Positions 25,818 through 36,002 of a stretch of 58,581 nt of DNA are shown piece after piece (within the stretch, counting starts at the first letter, position 1; each line of letters opens with the position of its first letter). The translations under genes were made by a program, and so were the position numbers. The notes under the pieces are model-generated. The model saw nothing but the letters and a program-made list of their open reading frames with translations. It ran no database searches and was not told the DNA's origin. This stretch comes from a virus (taxonomy: Duplodnaviria > Caudoviricetes), in the IMG/VR virus record IMGVR_UViG_3300025732_000046, positions 1-58,581 of that record; one strand, 5' to 3'.

Positions 25818-28800
25818 TTATTGTTCTGTCGTTGATTGAATAGTTCCTGGAATGTTGAGAAGAGGATCATTACTAGTAATATCAGTACCAGATCTCTGAA
25901 TAGCACTTGGAGGAGTAGTGACCTTAGCAGTAATACTTTCTTGAAGGGTTGCGTATACTCTTGTTTGTGTTCCAGCAGTTTTATAATATCCAGCATAAGA
26001 AATACCCTGATCATAATATACTGCTCCATAATATGCTCTTCCGTCAACATATCCAGTTTGCTTAAGACCAACAAGATCAGTAACTTGAATAAGAACCTGT
26101 TGCTGTCCTGGTGGAAGAATAGGATCTCTTACAACTTTAAAGACGGGTTTGAATGAAGCATTTACGCCAGTAGTAGATGGAAGAGTAATTGAAGGATAAA
26201 CATTAAAAGGACTTCCGGGATTTTGAACTATAACTTCAGTAATCTGTCCAAATGATCCGCACTTATATGAAAGTTGAACGCCATTATTTGGAACTATCTG
26301 AAGTTGATCCTCTCCACAACTATAATTAATTCCCGGATTATCAACAATAACCTTATCTAAAATAAGAGTAACTGGATATCCAGTTCCGGGAGTTTCTGTT
26401 GGTAGATATCCATTTCCAGGATCTTCTACAATAATTTCATCAACAACACCCTTTCCACCGATTAACTTTGAGCAGGGAGGAGGAATTAAAATAGCAGATA
26501 TTCCCATTGGGTTTTGAACCCAAGATGCTTTATTATTGTCACTTAAAACGACATCTTTACTAATATAAAGAGCAACACCTGTTGGATTGTCTTCAGTACT
26601 TGTATCGGGGGGAGTTACATTATCTAAAGTGACTTCAACATCATAATTACCAGCAGTCAAATTAAACGTATATTGAACTTTTTCTCCAATAAAATCAGCA
26701 ATTTCTATTATATCAACTCCACCGATTTTTAATTTTGCACTATTATCTGCTTGCAAATTAAATTTATAAGTTCCACTATATGGAAAATTAACTCCAGACC
26801 AAATTAAGGTAAATACTCCAGGAGAGTTAACATTTGAAGGTGAAACAGAAAAATCATTCATAAATGTACTCCACCTTTTATCACTATATCCAATCAAAGA
26901 AGGACCACTATAAGTAACTCCATTCTTTGTTGGACTTTGTGATGTTGCTGGAAGTGAAGAGGTAGAATTTTTTATTTTATCAATATTAATCTTAATATTT
27001 TCATCATCTCCATCAGCATCACGAATTCCAAGCCTACTTGAACTATTAATAATTGGACCTCTTGCGCCAAGATCAGCACCTATAATTTCAATGGGACCAT
27101 ATTTTTTCCCACCAGTAAAGGTTCCAGATTCTTTAATTGTCTCTTCCGTAGGAACTCCAAGAGTATTACCCTCAAAAAGTCCACCCTCACCAAAGGCACC
27201 AGTTGTTCCTTGCCTAACAAACTTTACTTTCCCGCTATCAGAAGGAATTCTTACTTCTTTAGCTGCTAAACCAGCAATATAAGATGCATCGTTTACTTCC
27301 ATAATAAAAGAAATTTCAGCAGAACCAGTCCCATCAACTTGCAAATAGAAACTAGAACCCTGTTGAATAAATTTTGCCGTTAAATTACTTGAGGTTTCTT
27401 GGGGTCCACCAACTCTCCAATCTTGAGTACTAAAAATCTTTTGGTCTATTACAGAATTAACATTCTCTGGAGTGTTTTGTAACTCTACAGAAATAGTTCT
27501 AAGACCAGGTTCTAAAAATATTTTTTGCGTCTTAACTTGATTTATCAATCCAGATTCAACCCACTTTGCATCACCAGAAGTCAAGACATCAAATGCAAGA
27601 ACACCGTCTACATAAATTTTTGCAGTATTATCTCTTTGAGCTTGAAAAGCATAATAACCTCTATAAGGAATTTCTATTTGCCAAGAATTTTTATAAGTAA
27701 CTCCAGTTCCATCAGTACCAGGAGTATCTAAAGGAAGAATAGGAGATATTGCATAACGATTAAAAAAGTCAGTCCATATCTGATTTCTAACAGGATACCA
27801 AGTTTGATCAGAACCAGGGAATCTTGTAGTCCAAATTGGATTTGGAGGACACTCACCTATTGCAGGAGGTAATTGTTCTTGAGGAACTGGAGGGGTTGGT
27901 GCTTCAATTAACAATGAAACTCCGACTGGATTTTCATTCCAAGATTTTGGAGAAATAACTTCACCAACTTCAATTGTAGATGTAGTTTTATTACCTTTTT
28001 TATCATCAATCGTAATCTTGATGTTTTCATCATCTCCATCAGCATCACGAATTCCAAGCCTACTTGAACTATTAATAATTGGACCTTTTGCACCAACACC
28101 AGCACCTATAATTTCAATAGGACCATATAAATTTCCTGCAGTAAAATTGCCAGATTTTTTAATGATTTCTTCTTCAAGATATGAACCTTCAACTAAAGTA
28201 GGTTGCCCTATAGTTTGATTCTTGGCATTTACACTCGGTAGTCCTTGTGTTCTAACAAATTTTACTTTACCATTATCTGATGGAATCCTAACTTCGTTGG
28301 CAGCAAGTCCAGCAATAATAGGACTATCATTAACCTCCATAACAAAATCAATTTCTCCAGAACCAGTCCCATCAACTTGAAGATAGAAACTTGATCCTTT
28401 CTGAATAAACTTTGCTTTTATACTTGAACTACTCGTTATTGTTTGAGTTTGAGTTTCAGTTGCAGGAGTATTTAATAAATCAATTCTTATGATATGATTT
28501 CCTTCTTGAATTGTTTTTTGCAATGGAGTTGGGTTCTGATTAAAAGTACCAAGATTTCCAACTAATGCATCATCAATATAAACCTGTCCTGTATCATCAC
28601 AAACTCCTCTAAAAATATACTCACCAGTAATTGGAAAATTATATTCCCATTCCATCTTAAAAACTTTACCTGCCTCATCAGTTCCTCTTGTATCCGAAGG
28701 TTTAATAGGAGAAACTGCATAGGTATTCATAAACTCTCCCCATTGTGAGAAAGTTACATTTGTCGTATCTTGAGTTGCATACTCAATATCAAGAGCAGTA

Positions 28801-29495
28801 ATTCTATCAGGTAGAGAATCTCTTGTTGTCCAAAAGGGATACTCTAATGCCTTTTGAAATGCTTCTATTTCTTGTTTAATAGGATCTTCAGTTATGTCCG
28901 TATATGAATTTGGATCCCAAGGACCAAGTTCTTCCCCATCAAGACCATACATTAATCCATAACTTTCTGCATCACCTTCACATATTTGATACTCTTCAAA
29001 ATCTTCTTCCCCATCATACACTTCAAGTTGATCAACAGTTTCACCTAAAACTGCAGTAAAAACAGCACCACTACCATTTTGGCAAGCATCGTTTGCAGTT
29101 ACATATGGTGGATATTGATATCCATTTCCCCCAGATACAATATCAATTGCTAAGATTGCACCATCAGCACCAACGACTGGATTTCCTACCGCACCAATTC
29201 CACCACCACCAGAAATTTGAACTACTGGGGGTCCACATTCAACATAATTTTGAATTCCACCACACTCATCCTTTGTTGATAATAAATCATCGGGAGTAAG
29301 TTTATTTACTTCATTGATATTCAAATATTTAATACTATTATTTCCATCCGTAAAGATAAAAACCGTTCCTGGATTATTCTGAGCGTAACTATTTGCCTCA
29401 CATATAGTAACACCATCAACATATCCAAGAGTTGGATCAATGTATCCAACCCTGATGTCATCTGTAGTAGGTGGTCCAGATAAATTAAAGGTCAT
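25818..29495 (-). CDS. PA14-domain baseplate-associated protein with internal duplication
   Basis: 1225 aa; three PA14-like units (GEYIFRGVCDDTGQVYID; GYYAFQAQRDNTAKIYVDG; GTYKFNLQADNSAKLKIG). Confidence 0.75.
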   Translation of the reverse strand: MTFNLSGPPTTDDIRVGYIDPTLGYVDGVTICEANSYAQNNPGTVFIFTDGNNSIKYLNINEVNKLTPDDLLSTKDECGGIQNYVECGPPVVQISGGGGIGAVGNPVVGADGAILAIDIVSGGNGYQYPPYVTANDACQNGSGAVFTAVLGETVDQLEVYDGEEDFEEYQICEGDAESYGLMYGLDGEELGPWDPNSYTDITEDPIKQEIEAFQKALEYPFWTTRDSLPDRITALDIEYATQDTTNVTFSQWGEFMNTYAVSPIKPSDTRGTDEAGKVFKMEWEYNFPITGEYIFRGVCDDTGQVYIDDALVGNLGTFNQNPTPLQKTIQEGNHIIRIDLLNTPATETQTQTITSSSSIKAKFIQKGSSFYLQVDGTGSGEIDFVMEVNDSPIIAGLAANEVRIPSDNGKVKFVRTQGLPSVNAKNQTIGQPTLVEGSYLEEEIIKKSGNFTAGNLYGPIEIIGAGVGAKGPIINSSSRLGIRDADGDDENIKITIDDKKGNKTTSTIEVGEVISPKSWNENPVGVSLLIEAPTPPVPQEQLPPAIGECPPNPIWTTRFPGSDQTWYPVRNQIWTDFFNRYAISPILPLDTPGTDGTGVTYKNSWQIEIPYRGYYAFQAQRDNTAKIYVDGVLAFDVLTSGDAKWVESGLINQVKTQKIFLEPGLRTISVELQNTPENVNSVIDQKIFSTQDWRVGGPQETSSNLTAKFIQQGSSFYLQVDGTGSAEISFIMEVNDASYIAGLAAKEVRIPSDSGKVKFVRQGTTGAFGEGGLFEGNTLGVPTEETIKESGTFTGGKKYGPIEIIGADLGARGPIINSSSRLGIRDADGDDENIKINIDKIKNSTSSLPATSQSPTKNGVTYSGPSLIGYSDKRWSTFMNDFSVSPSNVNSPGVFTLIWSGVNFPYSGTYKFNLQADNSAKLKIGGVDIIEIADFIGEKVQYTFNLTAGNYDVEVTLDNVTPPDTSTEDNPTGVALYISKDVVLSDNNKASWVQNPMGISAILIPPPCSKLIGGKGVVDEIIVEDPGNGYLPTETPGTGYPVTLILDKVIVDNPGINYSCGEDQLQIVPNNGVQLSYKCGSFGQITEVIVQNPGSPFNVYPSITLPSTTGVNASFKPVFKVVRDPILPPGQQQVLIQVTDLVGLKQTGYVDGRAYYGAVYYDQGISYAGYYKTAGTQTRVYATLQESITAKVTTPPSAIQRSGTDITSNDPLLNIPGTIQSTTEQ

Positions 29496-29527
29496 ATCTT
29501 TCTTGAGTTACTGATATTTATTTCACA

Positions 29528-31303
29528 TTAGGCAAAAGTAACCTGCCCACTTTCAACTGCTTGAATTGCTTCATCTCTTGTCCCAAAATCAACATCTGGT
29601 TGATTTTGACTTGGAGTAGCATAAGGTGTTTGAGTTGGTTGAACACTTGCAGTAGATTGTTGTGCTGCTTTATCAACTTCAGACGCTCTTGGTTGTTGAG
29701 GTTCTGGTGCTGCTCCACTACCATTTGCAAGAGTATAATAATCAGACGCTGCACAGTTTGGTTTTAAATCACATCCAAAAATATTTAACTTTATGTTTTC
29801 AAAACTCAATGCAGATGTAATACTACCACTAATATCACCAATTATATTTTTAGTAGATGATATTGCTCCAGAAACTACTCCAAGTTGAGATTGAGTATCA
29901 TTTAAAAAACTGTTCACACTATCTAAAGCATTATTTACTCCAGTGGTCATTTCTTCCATATTTAATGCTATTAAATCTCCAGTAAGTGTTTCAACGCTAC
30001 AGATTGGAGTTGTTGGAGTTTTAACTTGTCCCTCTTCAGTAGGAGGAAGTTCTTGCTGAACTTGTTCCTCTAAAAGACCTTGAATTAATCCACAAAGATT
30101 CCCAGTTATTTTATTATATAAACAAGTAATTAATTCAGTTACTGATGTTTTCAGATCAACATACATATACCTCATATTTGGTGGCATGAGTTCAACCGTA
30201 GGAGACAATGCTTTATTAATTTGTTTTAGAACATACTCCTTTATCTTATCAAAAACTACCTTCATATATTTTGCAATCTTACAAGCAAAATCCGAAATAA
30301 TACTTTGAATATCGCCAAGTTTATTTGATACTGCATCAACATAACTTTGAGCAGCATTTAATATTTTATCAATATCTTTTGTTAAATTTTCAATCTCAGT
30401 TTGAATTCCTTTCAATGCAGATTTAACTTGATCGCAAGGAGACATCAAAACAGTTTTGCGATTATAATAATCATTTCTAACTACATCTGCTGCAGATACT
30501 TCGTGAACGGCATCTACATTTTCTTTAGTTGCTCCAGGTTGAGATGGAGATCCGGGAGAATTTGCTTCCTGACATCTTGCTTTAATACCATCAGAAACTG
30601 CTTGTTGTATAAACTGATCTCTCTCTGTTCCAGTTAATGCCCTTGCGTCTGCTTCTGCAATAGCACTTTGCTGATCGGCAAATTGTTGTTTTGTTAAAGA
30701 TTTATCAGCACGTAGTCCGTATTGATTTACAGAAACTCCAGGTGGAGGTGGAGCACATTCTCCCGATTGTTCAGCATCTTTAGGTTTATTGATTACAAGT
30801 CCTTCATCAGGAACCTTAAGATTTGGATCTTTATTGTCATCTGCGGGAGTAGCATATCCACTTGTTGCCAAACTTCCAGGTTGAGTATTCGTTACTCTAC
30901 TATCACCTATTGTTGTTGAAAGAGAAGTTTGTGCATTATTTCCAAGCACTCCCATAATAACAGGAACTTGCTGTTCCTGTCCATCCAAAAAGAACCCAAA
31001 GACAAACATTCCTTGTCTTAGGTTTGCAGTTGCGCCAGCATTTGCCTGCCCACCGCCTGCAGTGACAGGGTACATTATCTGTGCCCAAGGAAGTTGATCG
31101 GAAGGTATTTCAGTTTCTCCTTGGTCATGAAGACCTATAATTCTAACTTTATACCTTCTACCCCATCCAGGAACCTGGTCTTTACTTTCAAATTTTCCCG
31201 CTAAAATATTATCTCGCCAAGTTGAATCACTGGCGATTTGACCAATCCACCAATTAAATGTTGCCCCTAAGAAACCGGGATTAAATAAAGAACCTTCAGT
31301 CAT
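29528..31303 (-). CDS. gp5: Baseplate hub subunit, gp5 N-terminal OB-fold protein
   Basis: WWIGQI...RYKVRIIGLH...QLPWA...VFGFFLDG..QQVPVIMG; no lysozyme domain seen. Confidence 0.85.
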   Translation of the reverse strand: MTEGSLFNPGFLGATFNWWIGQIASDSTWRDNILAGKFESKDQVPGWGRRYKVRIIGLHDQGETEIPSDQLPWAQIMYPVTAGGGQANAGATANLRQGMFVFGFFLDGQEQQVPVIMGVLGNNAQTSLSTTIGDSRVTNTQPGSLATSGYATPADDNKDPNLKVPDEGLVINKPKDAEQSGECAPPPPGVSVNQYGLRADKSLTKQQFADQQSAIAEADARALTGTERDQFIQQAVSDGIKARCQEANSPGSPSQPGATKENVDAVHEVSAADVVRNDYYNRKTVLMSPCDQVKSALKGIQTEIENLTKDIDKILNAAQSYVDAVSNKLGDIQSIISDFACKIAKYMKVVFDKIKEYVLKQINKALSPTVELMPPNMRYMYVDLKTSVTELITCLYNKITGNLCGLIQGLLEEQVQQELPPTEEGQVKTPTTPICSVETLTGDLIALNMEEMTTGVNNALDSVNSFLNDTQSQLGVVSGAISSTKNIIGDISGSITSALSFENIKLNIFGCDLKPNCAASDYYTLANGSGAAPEPQQPRASEVDKAAQQSTASVQPTQTPYATPSQNQPDVDFGTRDEAIQAVESGQVTFA

Positions 31304-31515
31304 TAATCTTCATATACTCTACATTCTAATGCGTCTGGATTATCATTACAATATAATTCCAGAGAACTTGGATCGTGGTGATCTTCTGGATGATTAGCAA
31401 CCCATCTCTCAAGAGCACCTAATTCTTCTTCAGTATGTCTTCTTGCCTGAGCAGAAACCAATGGATCATCAAGAAGTTTTTTATCGTGCTCAATGTGCTT
31501 TTCTACGCTTTCCAT
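31303..31515 (-). CDS. cp12: CP12 Calvin-cycle inhibitor
   Basis: C-terminal LELYCNDNPDALECRVYED signature. Confidence 0.95.
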   Translation of the reverse strand: MESVEKHIEHDKKLLDDPLVSAQARRHTEEELGALERWVANHPEDHHDPSSLELYCNDNPDALECRVYED

Positions 31516-31554
31516 CTTTATTAGCGTGAATAATTATATTACTATTTAACAAGT

Positions 31555-32949
31555 TTATATCGCACTATTGGAAGGTGTTCCTTTTCTACCAACAGAATCT
31601 CTTACAAGCGTTAACTTAGTGTAACCCCCATTTGCTAAACTAATATAATGACATAGATCAGCAATGACATAAAATCCACCAAACTGCTTGTTCATTTCCG
31701 GATTATCTTTGCTTGATAGTTCTGGAGAATCTATGAAGATATAATCTCCTGCGTGTAAACTAAAGTCGGCAGTAATTGTAATCGTTACTTGAGTTGAAAA
31801 GAACTGATTATATCTCATTACAGATTGATTCAAAATATTTTTTGGATCAAAATTTTCTTCTTTAGATTTTTCAATTTGTTGAGTGGTATCACCTGTAGGC
31901 AAAGAACCCTTATCAATTAACATATACTGAGTTCTTGAGAAATCTTTATTTGCTTCGGTTCTATTAAACTCAGAATTATACTTTGGTAAATTTTTACCTG
32001 CTTTTTGAAGATTTGTTTCAGCACCGGGTTTGCCTTCATCTGCACTTGCATTTGGAGTTATTACCTCATAGTAGCAAGTAAAGGGATCAAATAAAATTGT
32101 TCTTGTAGAATAAGTTCCAATTTCTAATTTAGATTGAACGTCTCCTGCTGCAGTGTTGACGTTATGTTCAAGTACTTTACCTGAGTATCCTTCAGGAATA
32201 GTTGTACCTCTTCCATCTGGAGTTTGGTTATTTACTAAACTCTTGTAACTTTTTTTAGACCCACTGGGATCAGTATCAGATAAAAGCCCTTCTATTGATT
32301 TAAATTTAAATCCATCAGATGTTTCAAAAAAGAAAAATCCAGCACTATTACCTTTTGCTTTTTGTGTTTTTGGTACTGACTTTCTCGCCAACCACAAAAG
32401 AGTATAGAAAGGTCTACGATTGTTTCCAAGAAAATTATAATTATTTTCAGTTTCTTCTATATCAGTTTTTTTAGAAGTCCCAAGATATGCTTGATCTGTT
32501 AGAATTTTTGTTATGTGGTCAGATATTTTCCCATCAAATCTTGTATTTAAAGCGGTCTTGTAGTTAAGAATTGATTCCTTAGAAACTAAGTTAAGGGCAA
32601 CAGCAGTTTTCTGAGTATCTTGAGTCAATGGTTTTATGTTATCAATATACATATCAACTTTTATTTCTACTTGATTCGGGTCTGTAATTTTTATAGTTGT
32701 TTTTTCAGTGCCCACTAAAGGCATACCCTCAACTAGAGTTTTATAAGATCCCTCAGATTCAACAGTTTTACCTGTTTCAACATAAATTATATCCATTTTA
32801 ATAAAAGGACTTAGAACACTTTCAAAGTAATATAAGTCACTAATTAAAGTGGAGATATCCTTTTGATTCTTTTGATCATTGGATGTAATTATAAACTGAG
32901 AAATATTATAATCTCTAGATTGTGCAGCAGTGATTGGTGTATTTGCCAT
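31555..32949 (-). CDS. Baseplate hub protein (gp27-like)
   Basis: 464 aa; YYFESVLSP, GFFFFETSDGFKFKSI, SLHAGD...GGFYVIADLCH...LTLVRDS. Confidence 0.75.
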   Translation of the reverse strand: MANTPITAAQSRDYNISQFIITSNDQKNQKDISTLISDLYYFESVLSPFIKMDIIYVETGKTVESEGSYKTLVEGMPLVGTEKTTIKITDPNQVEIKVDMYIDNIKPLTQDTQKTAVALNLVSKESILNYKTALNTRFDGKISDHITKILTDQAYLGTSKKTDIEETENNYNFLGNNRRPFYTLLWLARKSVPKTQKAKGNSAGFFFFETSDGFKFKSIEGLLSDTDPSGSKKSYKSLVNNQTPDGRGTTIPEGYSGKVLEHNVNTAAGDVQSKLEIGTYSTRTILFDPFTCYYEVITPNASADEGKPGAETNLQKAGKNLPKYNSEFNRTEANKDFSRTQYMLIDKGSLPTGDTTQQIEKSKEENFDPKNILNQSVMRYNQFFSTQVTITITADFSLHAGDYIFIDSPELSSKDNPEMNKQFGGFYVIADLCHYISLANGGYTKLTLVRDSVGRKGTPSNSAI

Positions 32950-32981
32950 ACTTTTCTATTTTTATATTACTATTTAATTCA

Positions 32982-35900
32982 TTACATATACAAACCATCC
33001 ATAGATGGATCATCGCCTTCTTCGCTATCAGAAGAACCAGATCCACTAAAGATAGGTATGACTTGAGGGGGAACAACAGTTACTGAAGAACTTTCTGGGA
33101 CTTGGTATGTATAATCGTTTTCTGTTTCTGGATATCCATCTTCAGTATATTGACTTAAAATAGATACTAAATTCTCAGATGCTCTTCTTCTTTGACTAAC
33201 GGTTTCAGTTTTATTAATAATATCATAGAACTTAATTCCAAACAATCTTACAGAATCCGCATCAACAACATATTCTCCGGCGTGAGTTAGGACCATTTGG
33301 GTTTTATCAATGTAACCGCCGTGAAATGCTTGAGATATTGGTCCAGGAGAAGATCCAGATTCGGCCATATGAATAGTATATCCTTCACCCGTTCCCAGAT
33401 AATTTTTAGCGGCAACACTTAGATCTAACATATGATTTGAAGAATGCCCAGAAACTCCCGGTCCAACATCATTTACCCTAACTACTGCTTTTTTCCCATT
33501 TGGACCAGTAACTATAACATTAAATCCTCTTTTTAAAGTTCTACCACCAGGAAAACGTGATGCTGGAACAGTCATTGAAGATGGCAATCTTGCAATCAAA
33601 GGAGGAAAAGCAGCAGCAGAAAATACATTTGATCTATAACCTTCTCCAGTAGAAGTAGCGGGCAATCCTTCTCTAGTTTTTGCCCCACTAGCATTAATAC
33701 CACCTAAAGATGGATCGTAGTATGTAGTTTTAGCTCCACTAGCAAGAAGTTCTCCAGGTTTTCCACTGCCAGCACCTAATTGCATTTTATCTTGCGATTG
33801 TAAAGCAACATCTTTATCTCTCTTTATCTTCAAGTTCGCGTAATCTTCATCAGTTCCGTGGAGTTTATCCTTTCCTCCCCTATATCCACCATAAAAATAG
33901 AATCCATATTTACTCGCCATTTGAGAAAGTTTTTCATTAATTCCACCCTTTGCTTTACTAAAATCATTTCCAACTCCAAGTATTCTAACTCTTGCACCTA
34001 TTGATTTAAGATGTTTTAATTGTGCTTCCACCGAATCCCAATCTCCAGTAGAGTTAGCAATACCAGTAGATAAATCAATCAAAGCACCCTTCAAAGCATC
34101 CCCCCTTGCTTTTAGTATCCCAAGAACAGCAGAAGAATTTCTACCAACCTGCGTATCAGATGCATTATCACCATTACCCGATCTTCCTGCAAATCCGTGA
34201 GCAATACTATCTCCAATTACAAACTGTGCTTGACCTCCAAATTGTGCCATAGGATTTTCAGATCCACCACCAGAACTTGGTTTATTTGATTTTTCTTTTG
34301 CAGAGGTTCTACTCTTCTTTAAAGTTAATTGATCTTTCAACTCATCCAAAATGCTATTAATATTATTTGATATAGAATCTTTCACCATACTCGTCACCCA
34401 TTTTGCAATGTTTACGGAACCAAATTCATCGCTAATAGATGTATCTTTTCCGGGCGATTTAACAGTACCTAGGATTTCATTTAAAAAGTTATCTAATCCA
34501 ACTCCAACCGCTTTGTAATCACCTTCGTTAGGTTTATCTCCAAATATTGCTTTAATACCCAATTCAAGTATTGGGTGAATAAATTTAGATCTGCTAGCAA
34601 TGCCGTAAGTATTTGTTAGATACTTATAAGAATTTACTAATCCAGGATCACTTGGATTAGTATAAAAAGTTTCAATTTTTGATACTTTACTTTCTGGATA
34701 AGGGAGAAGACCACCAACATCAGATCCAGGTTTAATTGGTGCGGTCGTTACCTTTTCAACTCTTCGTGCTCTTAATTTTTTTCCGACAGTTCTTGTAACA
34801 GCACCTTCATAAACTCCACCACGGGTTACAGCACCTCCAGATGCATAACCCATAGATTTAACTGCTTGATCTCCAAATAAACTACCAAAAGATCCTTGTT
34901 GTTTTGCAAGGGTTCCAAAACTTAATGTGTTTACTATCTGGCGGATTTGCTCTCTAATTCTTGCATCAAGTTTTCCAAGATTTTCTCTCTGCTGTTTAAT
35001 TCCATCAGCATCTCCAGTAAGGGACATAATACCAAAATTAATTAATTCAATGGCATATCTAAATGGAGCACCTATAATGTCAAGTAGAGTTCCAATTCCT
35101 GTGGAAACAAAATTATAAAATCTCATTCCGGGAATTGCAATTGTATTATAAAATCCAACCTTCAGAAATCTAGTAAAAGGATTTGGATCTTTTTGTGCTT
35201 CTGCTAATCCATCATATGCATCTCTTTCAACCTTAGTAGTAAACTTCCTCAATTGGAACATTCCTTCGCCAAGGGCAGAAGAAATGAGACCAACACCAGC
35301 AACAATTCCTGCTGCTGCACGGGTTGATATTTGTGCTGCTCCGCGAATTGCTGCCTGCTGTGCTGCTCTTTGTCCCGCTTGCTGAATAACCCTATCCTTT
35401 ACAAGATCTGTTGCTTGCTGTGCTGCTCCAGCATTTGAATCACTTTCAACCAAGTCACTGAACAACATTCCAGCAATTAACATAGAATTCATTACCTTGT
35501 TGGCAAGGTCTAGAGTTCTATTATAATTTTTTAATCCAGCATCTCCCCCAAGAAGTTTTGCCTGCTGTTTTCCAAAATCAACTATCTTATAAACTTTATC
35601 AACAAAAGTGGCAAATGCATTTAATATAGAACCAGAGAATTCAAGAATGAAATCACTAAACTTCAAAGCACCCATCAACACACCTTTAAGTTTTGGAAGT
35701 TGTGGTAATAATTTAATTGCAAAGGCACCTAATAAAATTTTAAATAAAAAGTCCTTTACAGCATCAAGAAATCCTAATCTTGGTACGGGTATTTTATTTG
35801 ATACTTCTCTCTCCTTAGAATCAGGACGACTCTCTACTTTCTTTTCTCTCTCTTCAGATCTTTTCCTTTCATTAAAGATTCTCTGTTTTTTAAAAGCAAC

Positions 35901-35999
35901 ATCTCTAAATTTATTTCTTTCACCGACAAGTTTCTCTACACGAATAACTTGCTTCTTTATAATATTGGCAGTTAAATTTCTGGGTTCAATATATGCCAT
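32982..35999 (-). CDS. Hub/tape-measure-like protein with SGNH-like and RlpA/DPBB-like domains
   Basis: 1005 aa; FVIGDSIAHG; TYYDP...VVRVNDVGP...MLDLSVAA; LTHAGEYVVDADSV. Confidence 0.7.
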   Translation of the reverse strand: MAYIEPRNLTANIIKKQVIRVEKLVGERNKFRDVAFKKQRIFNERKRSEEREKKVESRPDSKEREVSNKIPVPRLGFLDAVKDFLFKILLGAFAIKLLPQLPKLKGVLMGALKFSDFILEFSGSILNAFATFVDKVYKIVDFGKQQAKLLGGDAGLKNYNRTLDLANKVMNSMLIAGMLFSDLVESDSNAGAAQQATDLVKDRVIQQAGQRAAQQAAIRGAAQISTRAAAGIVAGVGLISSALGEGMFQLRKFTTKVERDAYDGLAEAQKDPNPFTRFLKVGFYNTIAIPGMRFYNFVSTGIGTLLDIIGAPFRYAIELINFGIMSLTGDADGIKQQRENLGKLDARIREQIRQIVNTLSFGTLAKQQGSFGSLFGDQAVKSMGYASGGAVTRGGVYEGAVTRTVGKKLRARRVEKVTTAPIKPGSDVGGLLPYPESKVSKIETFYTNPSDPGLVNSYKYLTNTYGIASRSKFIHPILELGIKAIFGDKPNEGDYKAVGVGLDNFLNEILGTVKSPGKDTSISDEFGSVNIAKWVTSMVKDSISNNINSILDELKDQLTLKKSRTSAKEKSNKPSSGGGSENPMAQFGGQAQFVIGDSIAHGFAGRSGNGDNASDTQVGRNSSAVLGILKARGDALKGALIDLSTGIANSTGDWDSVEAQLKHLKSIGARVRILGVGNDFSKAKGGINEKLSQMASKYGFYFYGGYRGGKDKLHGTDEDYANLKIKRDKDVALQSQDKMQLGAGSGKPGELLASGAKTTYYDPSLGGINASGAKTREGLPATSTGEGYRSNVFSAAAFPPLIARLPSSMTVPASRFPGGRTLKRGFNVIVTGPNGKKAVVRVNDVGPGVSGHSSNHMLDLSVAAKNYLGTGEGYTIHMAESGSSPGPISQAFHGGYIDKTQMVLTHAGEYVVDADSVRLFGIKFYDIINKTETVSQRRRASENLVSILSQYTEDGYPETENDYTYQVPESSSVTVVPPQVIPIFSGSGSSDSEEGDDPSMDGLYM

Positions 36000-36002
36000 T
36001 TG

